From a virus, in IMG/VR virus record IMGVR_UViG_3300020463_002440, positions 64,001 through 128,000 of that record: a DNA stretch of 64,000 nt. One strand, written 5' to 3'. The notes beneath the pieces were generated by a model, which had not been told where the DNA came from, searched no databases, and saw only the letters and a list, made by a program, of their open reading frames with translations. Position numbers and translations under genes: made by a program. Below, piece by piece: positions 9,304 through 20,600 of this stretch. The stretch's first letter is position 1. Each line of letters begins with the position of its first letter.

Positions 9304-10338
9304 CTATCCTCTTGCCACAAAGTCAAAAAATAGTTTCTCAGGCATTCTTAATATAAATGTTCCGTTATCTTGATAACCAAAAGCAATTACTACTTCACCA
9401 TTTATAAATGCCATTCCAGTCGCAAACTCAATATTATATTCATATCCTGTGGTTGGATCTATTTGCGTACCTAAAAAATGAAAATCTTTTGTATGATGAA
9501 CCATATTCCAATCTTCATCCCATACAACTATTCTATGATTATAATGTCCATCTTTACGCATAAAGGCATCTCTTGTTAAATCAACCTCATGAGTAAATGT
9601 CATTCTTCGACCTTCACCAATTGGATAAACTTGAGTACCACCTCTAAGATCTCTGGGTAACTTATATGTTTTATCACTATCATGTACAACAGTAGTTGTT
9701 GTTCTTGTATCAATATCGTACTTAACTACTTCAACGGGATTGCACCATTTAACAAAATGCCATGGCATATCAATAATTGGCATCCAGTTCTTTTCACAAA
9801 AAGTTCCATCATCTCCTGGAGCAGGTATAGGATTACGTGAAACTTCTTGCCATTCATTATCAATGTATTCTATTTCACACATCTCCATTCGTCCTGTTCC
9901 TTGGTCGTCATAACAATCTCTTCGAACACCACATAAGAATAAACGATCATCCCAACTAAATAATCTACCATCCTCAAGACCAATAAAATTCCAGGTAGGT
10001 TCACCTGTATCTAAATTCATTTTGATTCTGCTTGCGTTAACAACATTAAAATTTGAATCTAACTCTGTCATAATGTTATGAGTTGTTAGTGTTATGTCGT
10101 TTTCTGGATGTAGATATTGTAAAGGACCCCAGGTATGAGGAAACTTTTTACCTTCTGAATGATATAGTGTATAATTAACATGACGAACATTCATTAGAAT
10201 TTTATCGTTGTGCACGAAAATAGACGGGTTCATAATGCCCGTTTCGCCTGTTAAATCTTTTGGAAGTGTAATTGGATGAATCGTACCGCCTCTTTTTAAG
10301 GCGTAATGCACCAATCCGTGATGCCGTAAATCATGCAT
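9304..10338 (-). CDS. Putative five-bladed beta-propeller glyco-enzyme (GH130/beta-mannosyltransferase-like)
   Basis: NPSI, GLEDGRLF, CEKNWMP, LRGGT, IEFATG, IAFGYQD motif series. Confidence 0.65.
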   Translation of the reverse strand: MHDLRHHGLVHYALKRGGTIHPITLPKDLTGETGIMNPSIFVHNDKILMNVRHVNYTLYHSEGKKFPHTWGPLQYLHPENDITLTTHNIMTELDSNFNVVNASRIKMNLDTGEPTWNFIGLEDGRLFSWDDRLFLCGVRRDCYDDQGTGRMEMCEIEYIDNEWQEVSRNPIPAPGDDGTFCEKNWMPIIDMPWHFVKWCNPVEVVKYDIDTRTTTTVVHDSDKTYKLPRDLRGGTQVYPIGEGRRMTFTHEVDLTRDAFMRKDGHYNHRIVVWDEDWNMVHHTKDFHFLGTQIDPTTGYEYNIEFATGMAFINGEVVIAFGYQDNGTFILRMPEKLFFDFVARG

Positions 10339-10369
10339 AAAAGCTCCATAATGTAAATCAAAATTTAGT

Positions 10370-10702
10370 TTAAGACCAAGGTATTGCGCGTTCGGTTGTT
10401 ACTAATTTATTTATTGACTCTTGTATTTTTAAATTGTAATCATTAATGGAAGCTTCAGAGTTGAGAGTGTTTAACCATCCCACAACCTTATCTTCTGTTA
10501 AATCAGTGAATGATGTAAAGTCTGCTTCAGCGGTCTCATGTGCAGATAAGACTGTAAAACCTACAACCTTACCAGTATTGCCATCTGAATCAACTCCGAT
10601 CCGTCTCCATTTAATTCTTACAACAGCATCTGACAACGTAACGCCGTCAGCGTTCGTCTGATCTCTAGTGTCAAACTTAACAATTTGCCAAGAATAAGTC
10701 AT
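10370..10702 (-). CDS. Small fibre-associated protein (paralogue of 10717-11133)
   Basis: YSWQI...W...G.D..G...FTSFTDLTEDKVVGWL...PW pattern. Confidence 0.65.
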   Translation of the reverse strand: MTYSWQIVKFDTRDQTNADGVTLSDAVVRIKWRRIGVDSDGNTGKVVGFTVLSAHETAEADFTSFTDLTEDKVVGWLNTLNSEASINDYNLKIQESINKLVTTERAIPWS

Positions 10703-10716
10703 GTGTTATTCCTAGC

Positions 10717-11133
10717 TTATTCGCCGTCGTCTGCTGGGTCAGCTGCATCGTCAGGTACAGGTGGTGTCACATCTTCAGTTGCCCAAGGCATTGTTGGTTC
10801 TTCGATGTTAGCTTCGTCAATTTGCTTTGCTACCATTTCTGAGATATGATCCGCATATCCTTGGTCAGCATTTACTACTGATTGAATCCAACCTAAAACA
10901 GTTGCTTCAGTTAAATCAGCAAATGCTACAAATGAACCAGCTGGGACAGCTGCTGCTGTAAATGGAGTAGCTCCTGAGAACTCTCCTTTGTTTCCGCTAG
11001 AATCTTCACCTTCAACTTTCCAAAATGTTTGGACAATAGCGCCTTCTAATGTTGCGCCTTCAGAGTTAACTTGATCTCTTTTCTTGAGACTAGTTACGCT
11101 CCAAGTCCATGTGTAATCGCTACTTAGTGCCAT
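10717..11133 (-). CDS. Small fibre-associated protein (paralogue of 10370-10702)
   Basis: WTWSV...W...G.D..G...FVAFADLTEATVLGWI...MPW pattern; GGAG RBS. Confidence 0.65.
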   Translation of the reverse strand: MALSSDYTWTWSVTSLKKRDQVNSEGATLEGAIVQTFWKVEGEDSSGNKGEFSGATPFTAAAVPAGSFVAFADLTEATVLGWIQSVVNADQGYADHISEMVAKQIDEANIEEPTMPWATEDVTPPVPDDAADPADDGE

Positions 11134-11176
11134 TTTATTTTCTCCGTTAATATTAAATAACTTTAAGTTATAGTTC

Positions 11177-11184
11177 TATTTATA
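11177..11184 (-). promoter_or_regulatory. T4-type late promoter TATAAATA
   Basis: Exact consensus in the intergenic gap upstream of 11133. Confidence 0.75.
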
Positions 11185-11185
11185 A

Positions 11186-11620
11186 TTAATCTTCAGTACA
11201 GCCAGCATAATAATCTAATGACTTAAGATGAGTATACGCTTGTACTAAATCTGAATCAGTGGAATCCATGTCTAACATGAATATACACTTTTGGTCAAGA
11301 CCTGGTGTACCAATTGATAGTTCAGCTTCAACCTCTGTTGCGTTTTCGCCTGCTATACCAATAGGATTTAAACCATCAGTCCTTGCTTGTTTTGTTGCCC
11401 ACATGGTTACCCATATACGACAAACATATCCCTCTGCCCAATACATATCAGACCCTGCTTCTCTAACACCATCGTTAGTCAATCCAGACGGTAATGAAGT
11501 ATCGGGTGGTAAAGGAATTTCTTGTGTTCTTTTATGAACCTTTATATCTGTAATAACGTGATAAGCGTCAGGCACGGTCACACCAGTACCTTGTATCTCG
11601 TAATCTTTAATTAGTGCCAT
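11186..11620 (-). CDS. Putative tail fibre assembly/accessory protein
   Basis: Directly downstream of and overlapping the giant fibre; GVTVPDAYHVI and QAYTHLKSL...GC.D termini. Confidence 0.55.
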   Translation of the reverse strand: MALIKDYEIQGTGVTVPDAYHVITDIKVHKRTQEIPLPPDTSLPSGLTNDGVREAGSDMYWAEGYVCRIWVTMWATKQARTDGLNPIGIAGENATEVEAELSIGTPGLDQKCIFMLDMDSTDSDLVQAYTHLKSLDYYAGCTED

Positions 11621-14600
11621 TGCTACTATTCTCCATTATTGATTGCATATTATATACCATTTCTTTTAGAATGTCAATATCTTTCTGCATATTATTTATT
11701 GTTTCTTCTTTACTCTTGATGATAGCGTTTTGGTCCTTAATACCTTCAACAAGTAAACCAACCATCTTAGGATAATCAAGTCCGTATTCATCATCTTCTT
11801 CATCGTAAGTTACAACCTCTGGAACAATAGGTTCAACTTCTTGGGCAATAAGACCCATTTGAGTACTTAGGAATGAATTATCACGTTCATCTTCCCATTC
11901 AGCAAGCTTACGAGTATATGTTACACCGCGTAATTGTAATACTTTATCAAGAGCATTTTCGATAGTTTGTATATTTTCTTTACGACGTCTATCTGAATAA
12001 GCAACTACGTTACCGGTAGCCCATAGTGAACCATTAACTTGCATTCTATAACCGCTTCGTGTTGCCGACGAACCTACACCCAGACAGTTATTACCACGGC
12101 TATGATAGTATACCCAACGACCGCCACCTTGTAGATAGATACCACCACTACCGTTGCTGTCGAACATTAGGTGCGGATCCCAAGTAGGTTGTGGCCATGA
12201 TAAACCGTACCATCCACTTCTGCTACCGTATATTGCCCATGAGCCGTAACTTGTTTGGTTATTCGGGAAGAAGTGAGCACCGTTATATCCATCATAGATA
12301 CCAACACCGCCGCCACCAACTTGTAACCAAGTATTTGCATAAGTATAACTTGAACCACCGTTGATTTGGAATCTAACAGTGTTTGAGTTATAATCATTCA
12401 TGAACCTCATGCCTTGATAGCTTGGGTTCGCTCCGAAGTCAAGACCTACGTGATAGTTAATTCTTAATGCGGGATATGGATAACTCCAACTACCTGATGT
12501 CTGGAATAATTCATAAGGATAAGAACTAATTGCTCTTCCTGAGTTACTGCCTGTACCATTAAAGTCAAATACGTATGCACGTACTTGGTTCATATTTGAT
12601 GTTGATGCTGGATCTGTATAATAACTTGTACTATTAGAATCGTAATAACGACCTGCATACATTGATCCACCATTCGTACTATTCTCATCTAATACTGGAA
12701 TTGTTCTCCAAGATCTCCAACCACTCCATGAACTTCTAAACCTAAGGTTAGTAATTGGTCCACCAACCATCTGCCAACCATAACCTGATGTATTACTATT
12801 TCTATAGTGATAGGCCTGAACTCCAACCCAGTGAGATGTACCTGACGGTTGATTAGGTGGATTACTCCAAGAATCAATAAATCCTGAACCCCAAGTTGAA
12901 ACGACGTTCATATCTTGACGTCCCCAACCCATTGAACCGGTCCAATAATCTGTATTACTTGTTATACGAGGTCTTGCTCTATAATACTCACCGCTGTTTC
13001 TTGTATGACCCGGCTGACTAATGTAAGCCATTGTTCTATTACTTACACCTTCAAACCTTGTGCTATGAGCAGAAGCACCGTTGAAGTAATAACCTGTATT
13101 GTTTCTATCGTAATAGATTGGTGCTCTTACATCAGTTCCAACATAAAGATTTCTATAAATTTCAGTATAAGAACTGCCTGGGTTAATACGAACTGCCCAA
13201 CCACCTGAACTATTTAATAAACCGAAACCACTACTGTCGTAATAAAGGTATCCACGACGACCTGTACTTGAGCCCTGTGAACTATTATAACGATCATATA
13301 TAATTAATCCACCTGATGAACTACCGCCGTCTAAGTGCCAATAACTTGTACCTGCAGCATAGAAGTGTCTTCCGTATGGAGTACTATATAAACCACGACC
13401 TCCATTATCGTTTCTGAACCAACCATCGTTGTAAATTTCTCCACGAATATCTAATACATTCATTACTGAAGTAGAAGCAAAGTCTCCATAATAGGCAGTA
13501 TTATTTGAATCATAATAACGGCCTGCGTACATTGAACCACCATTACCGCTGTTTTCATCCAACATTGGTATTGTACGCCAAGCACGGAAACCAGACCAAG
13601 AACTTCTGAATCTAAGGTTAGTGATCGGTCCACCAACCATCTGCCAACCATATCTTGCTGAACCGTTAGAATAGTGATATGCTTGTACACCAACCCAATG
13701 CGAAGTACCGCTTGGTTGATTACCTGGGTTTGACCAAGTATCCAAGAATCCTGAACCCCAGTTAGCAACTGTGTTAAAGTCAATTCTACCCCAACCTTTA
13801 GCTCCTGTCCAATAGTTGGTATCACTTGTTATATTTGGTCGTCTACCGTAATTACTTATTGCTCCATTTCTTGTATGACCCTGCAATCCAATCATTGCTT
13901 GACCACGAGCAGTTAAACCTTGCCAGTTTGAATCACCATTTGGATTCATGTAATAACCGGTGTCGTTTAAGTCATAGAATATTGGAGCACGGAATGATTC
14001 ACCTGAATAAACATATCCATAATAGAATCTATGATATGAACCGTTATAATAGAAGTTCCAACTACGTGTATTATCATGCATACCCCAGTTGTTGCCTTCG
14101 GTTGACATTAGAGTCCATCGAGTACCAATACCATAACCTGACCAACCGTTTCGACCAGTATTATATGTTGAGATGTTTCCGTATGGATTACCTTCACCAC
14201 CTGCTGAACGAATACCATATCCGTAATCTTGCCAATAAACACCAGTACTACCTTGAGGCCTAAACCAATTATTAGCATATACTGCGCTGAGTTGAGAACT
14301 GGCGGCTGGATCTACATAATAGCCGGTGTTATTCCAATCGTAGAATATTGGCGAACGAATATCTGAAGCAAATACCGCTCTACTTGATATAGCAGCTCTA
14401 AACGAACCATTGTTAATAATTAACATACCGTGGTCGTTTAATTGATTTGCACCACCTATCGAACCTGCGTTTGGATGCGACCAACCAATACCATACATAT
14501 TTGCAGTCGAAGCACCATTCGAGCTCGGTCTATAAGCAGCACCCATTGCGAATACTAATTGTAATCTTGTAGAAGTATATGTACCTGTTACACCGATACC

Positions 14601-17600
14601 ATAATTCAAGAATGTATGATAACCACTTTGTTGTGAAGCATTCCAATAGGAAGTACTTGCTGGATTTATATAGTACCCAGTATTATTTAGATCGTAGAAT
14701 ATCGGTGCTCTAAACGAACCTGATGTTTGTACTAAGTTACGACTATTTTGAATATATGAATCGTATGTTAGTCTCCATGCCTGAGTTGGGAAACTATCGT
14801 TACCGCCAATAGCAGCATACCAACCAGTTTGACCGCTACCCCAACCGCTTGCATACTTATATAAACCAGTATTAAGATGAGTTCTATAACCTGAATTATA
14901 TAATGCAGTTTGGTGAGTTAATGGTAAGTATACATTAGATGTACCAACATTGTAATCTCTGTTTCTTGTTGAGATTGGAGCATTAGTTAAACCACTTAAA
15001 CTTGTTGAATCGTATTTCTGTGGATTATCAACATAGAAGATTGCATTTGAAGTTAATGTACCAGCAAGTGTTAACGCATTTAAGTTTGAAGTACTTGCCG
15101 GGTCAAGATAATAACCAGTGTTTTGACGATCATAGAATATGTTAGCACGGAATGAATTAGATGCATAAGTATTACCATCCATCATTGCTTGGAAAGGCCA
15201 ACCTTGAATACTACCAGTTGCTGCACCGTGTTGACCTACATAGAATCCTGTTGAACCTGTACCGTTATTATTATTTGAGTCAAGGTTAAAGAAGATGTCA
15301 TGATAAGAGTTAAATCTTAAATCATCTGTTACACCGCCACCATTATCTCTTGATGAAATACTGTGATAGTCAGAATCGTTTCCGTAGAATGTAATGAAGT
15401 CACCACGATCTCTCATATTGAGTCTGTCAACTGTGACCGTTCTCATTGAAGCATCACCTTGGCCTGAACCAAAGTAGTATGCTGTATTTTCACGTTCGTA
15501 GAATATGTTAGCTCTTACATCATTCATATACGATACACTAGCAAAGTCACCGTAGTAAGCTGTATTATTTCTATCATAATAACGAGTAGCTCTTATATCA
15601 CCACCAACATATACCGCACTTGTATTATACCAAGCAAGGTAAATGTTGTTTCCGTTTTTAGCGTCTAAATGCAAGTTACCATTTGTAGAAGAAACTGTTG
15701 CATATGATGTTGTCCATCTACCGTTACCGCCTACTGCAAGATATTCGCCCCAACTTGCATTAGGCCCGTGTAATGTTCCACCTCTTACTCTTATTGCCGA
15801 ACCAGATGTTGAATTAAAGTCAGCATAATAACCTGTATCATTTGAATCATAAAAGACTGGAGCTCTTAGTGATGAACCTGCTTGTAAATTATTATTAACA
15901 AATACGTTACCAGAACCTAATGGGTCTGAACCATTATTGATTGACATGACCTGAGTTGCCATGTTATAATCATTATAGAATCTCATACCTTGGTAAGAAG
16001 CATTTGCACCAAACTTAATACCTGTGTGGAATGCAATTCTTAAATCAGGATAAGGGTAAGTCCAAGAACCACCTTCACGGAAGATTGCATAAGCTGTACT
16101 TTGCCCACTAGCAAAATATAAACCAAATTGGTCGTCTTGTGAAACAGCATCGACGTGCGCAAATCTTTGTGCCTTAACAACATTCATTACTGAAGTTGAA
16201 GCAAAGTCTCCGTAGTAAGCAGTGTTGTTTGTATCATAGAAGATAGGTGCTCTTAATGATCCACCAGCAAATAAGTAATTAGGAACATATACAGTATTAT
16301 TTGATCTTGTCTGCAATGTTTCATAACGAGTACCTGCTGTATTCGTATTATAGAATGTCATATAACCGTTAGTGTCAAATCTCATGTAAGCCTGACCATG
16401 AGAAGTATTTGGTCGACCTAAGTAATATTGATTTGTACCACCATTGAGATTATTATCAACATTATAACCGAAGCCTGCACCAGACCAAGTTCTTCCTGGT
16501 TCTGATACCCACATCTGTAATGGTATTTCACCTTGTCCTGCTCCATTATTTGCGGCAGGTAATGCCAATCTTATTGATGTGTTACCATGACCTGCACTTA
16601 CATCTAATGTCTTAGTGCTGTTGGCTGATCTTGTTCCAATTCCTAATCTTAACACCTTACCATTATTAGCAGGATCTAAATAATAATTAGTATCGTTGTA
16701 GTCGTAGAATAATGCAGCTCTTGCATCTCCACCTTCAACATATAAGTTATTACCACCTTCAACTCTAACGTGTGTATCACCTTTACCTACTGAGAATAAT
16801 ACAGTACTTAAGTCTTCGTTGTTGTATATACGAGTACCACCATAGCTTGGCTGAGCACCCATACGAATACCAGTATGCCATCTTAAATCAAGCTTGGTAT
16901 AATTACCACCGTAATTTTCTAAGTTTGTACCGATGTAATAGTTGCCTACAGCATTACTATCTCCACCACCAAACATTAACCTTGTTGAACCAACTGAGTT
17001 ATATGGATTGTTTGAGAAGTTACCACCAATTACAACATAGCCTGCAGTTCTTAATGTATTAAGTGCAGATTCACTTGCTGGGTCTGTATAATACGAAGTG
17101 TTATTTGAATCATAGAAGATTGGAGCACGTGATTGTCCTCTATGCCACATATATGTATTGTTTAATCTATATCTTTCAGCACCGCCTGCTAATAATCTTA
17201 GACCGTAAGTATGAGATGTACCCATACGAATATCCATACCGTATTCAGTAGCTGAACTACGGTTCTTATTAATTACTACTCCCCAATCATTATTTGTGGT
17301 TGCAGTGAAGTAAGCAGTTGCATCATTACTATTTTGTCTACTACCGCCATCGACAACCAACTCTTGCATTGTTTGTTTTACAGTATTAGAATTAGATGCA
17401 GGATCGTTATAGTATGCAGTGTTTCCTCTATCGTAATAAATGTTAGCATCTATACGATCAGCAGTAATATCATCAACTGATAGATCACCCGTTATTGTTG
17501 CGTCACCACCAACAATTAAATCATCGAGTAATTGAAGATCATCAGCTAATAAGTTAGATTCAGCATTACGTCTCTTCAACATAATACCGCCATACTCTCT

Positions 17601-20600
17601 TAAAGCACCACCTGCGTTATAGTTAAGTAATATTCTTATTCTTACATAATGTACACCACCACCATCAGACCCATTATATGGAGTATGAGATGTTGGCATT
17701 GTTGTATGGTTTCTTAATGTTTCCCAGTTTGTACTTGTTCTGTTTGAACCACCAACTACGAAATATGTTGTACCTGTATTACCTGCGATTGGTTTCTTAT
17801 CTTTATCAAATCTCTCAACACCGTAGTATAATAAACCACCAGAGCCTGAAATAAGTCTTGTTGATATTTCACCATATATTTCTTCACCAGGAGAAACAGG
17901 AATATAATTTGAATAGAAGTTTCTATATGCAGATGATCTTAATACATATCCACCTGCGAAAGGACCATCTCCTTTAATATATTCACTTGTAGTTCCTGTA
18001 AGAAAGTTTTCATTAGCGTCAATGTTTTGTATTACCCTTGCTTCCATATAAGGGGTCATATCGAATAGAACAAGATCTGCTCCACCTGAACCGTATGCTG
18101 GGTTCAATGATATGTTTTCATTACCACCATTTAGTTCAAAGTTACCTGCAGAAACTGAACCTTGGAAATATGCGTTACCATTATCGAGATCAATACTTGC
18201 TCTTACATTACCTGAACCTACAAATACTAATTCATTTGGATTAGAAGTACTGAAGTGTGAATAAGCAGGGTTAGTATTACCTGCCCACATAATACCCCAG
18301 TTAGTAGCAGTTTGCCATATCCAATGAGTGTAATCTTGCGCTCTCAATAATATGTTAGCATTACCGTTGCCTGAAGTAGTGAATCCTAGTCTGTCATATA
18401 TACCATTTGTTCTAAACGCAGTACTTGTATTACCTGATCCTTGATTAGAGTAATAAGCAGTATTATTTGAATCATAATAGATTGGAGCACGCATTTGGTT
18501 AATTGCTTCAAAGTAACCGCTTCGAGTTGAAGCCTGTTCTGAACCATTATAATATAATTCTACTTCAGCATTTCTTCTAGCTAGGACTGCCCATTTGTTA
18601 TCAATGTCGTTGTAGATACCGGCATTGTTGGTGCCATCTGACATAAAGTTCCATTGACCATTAATAGAATAACCGGCCCAACCATTTTTAGCACCGCCAA
18701 CTTCAACTGTTCCATAATCACCTGATGCAGCATCCATGTAATATGTTGTTGCATGATTGAAGTAATATCTTAAGGCTTGAACTAAATTAAATCTTGATGT
18801 ATTATTTGGATCTACATAATAGCCTGTATTATTTGAATCATAAAAGATTGGAGATCTTATTTGATTATTAGCAAGGAAGTATCCATTTTCTGTTCTTGCT
18901 TGTTCTACATTGTTATATAGTAATCTGATAGCAGCTTGACGATCTGCATACATAAACCAATGATTATCTACATCGTTATAGATACCTGTTCGGTTTGCAT
19001 TATCGTGCATGAATACAGAACGACCACCAATTGAGAATCCTTCCCAACCACTTCTTCCACCGCCGTCGACCATTAATGAACCATAAGTACCAGTTGGTTC
19101 TGCTAATACAACTGCATTACCATCAAGAGTAATTGTATCCATTCTTGATGAGCCGGCTGGATTTACATAATATGCAGAGTTATCTGAATCATACAATATT
19201 GGTGTATGAATATTTGTATCAACTTTTAGAGTACCAAATATTTGAGACTTAAATGAGTTTCCTGTATATGATCCCCATCTTTGAACTGCTGCCCATGATC
19301 CTGTACCAATTGTTTCTGATAAGTAAATCGGTACTCCGCCACCATGGTCAAACTTATGGAATTTATGAGCCCAGGTATTACTGTTGTAATTACCTCTCAT
19401 CATTAATCCGTTAGTACTTGAGTTTGCACCACCTGCGTTTTCGTTACCAACATTAATATTCATATACTGTTGATAAGAAGTACCTGCTGGGTCAGCATAG
19501 TATGTATTGTCGTCTGCATCGTAATAACGGCTAAAGTAAGCATTGCTACCAGTTACATTACCTGAGAAGTTACCAACTTGAGCATATATGTTAGACCAAC
19601 GATAAGTAGATAAACCTAAATTACCAGCATTATTTTGTCTAGGTATTAATGATCCACTGCCTGCTCCATTTTGTTGTGCAAATACATAATGAACATTATT
19701 TTCTGAAGAATCAAATAGCATTGCCAATTCAGCACCAGTAGTAACTGAATTGTCGGCATGGAATACTTTAATAGAAGCTTGTTGTTTTCCGCTTAATCCT
19801 GGAAGTTCACCGGATTGGTCGGTCATTGTAATGCCGACACCACCACCATTACTTTGTTTTTGTAATTCTATACCTGAGCCGTAAACTTCAAATTTATTTC
19901 TTGCTCTTACTGCTGAATTAGTTACTTTAAATCTTTCAGTACCGTTAGTATCAATTTTAACAGTATCGTTACCTGAGAAACCAATTAAAGTATTTGTATC
20001 TCCACGATGTCTTATATAATCATCAAGATCAATAGTGCTTAATTGTGAGTTACCATCTGGGTCAGCATAGTATGCTGAATTCTGATATGAATAATAAACA
20101 TTACCATAATATGAACCTTGTGTATATACATGTTTATTATTTCTTGAGCGGAGATATGTTGTATCAAGCATATACCAACCGCCACCCCAACCGAATCCTA
20201 ACTCTTCATCTTTAAGGAATGTTGATGTGCCACGACCAATTACAATAGCATCGTCATTACCTGCTAATTGAATTGAACCGCCTATGTGTAATCTGTTTGT
20301 TGTAAGTGCTCCACCAACTACTGGAGTATTATCACCTACCGTATATGTTGGAGCAGTTGAGTTTGCGATCATAACGTTTCCGCTATCATCAACAATTAAT
20401 GCTTCACTTGCACCTGATGTCCAGAATCCCCAATTAGTTCCTGATCCTAAAATGTTATAGATATTTCCAGAACTGTCACCGCGAATCGTTGCTCCGCTTG
20501 CAGCACCATCAGTTCTAAATTCTATAAATCTATTTCCATCATTAAATGGATTACTTCCAGCATCAATTCTATTAAGATACATTAATGCATATGTACCTGA

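Noticed and set aside
12600-13850. Duplicated roughly 380-bp segments near the fibre C-terminus as a diversity-generating retroelement TR/VR pair
   Set aside because: Differences are mostly synonymous and involve all bases rather than only adenines; both copies are in-frame coding; no reverse transcriptase in the window
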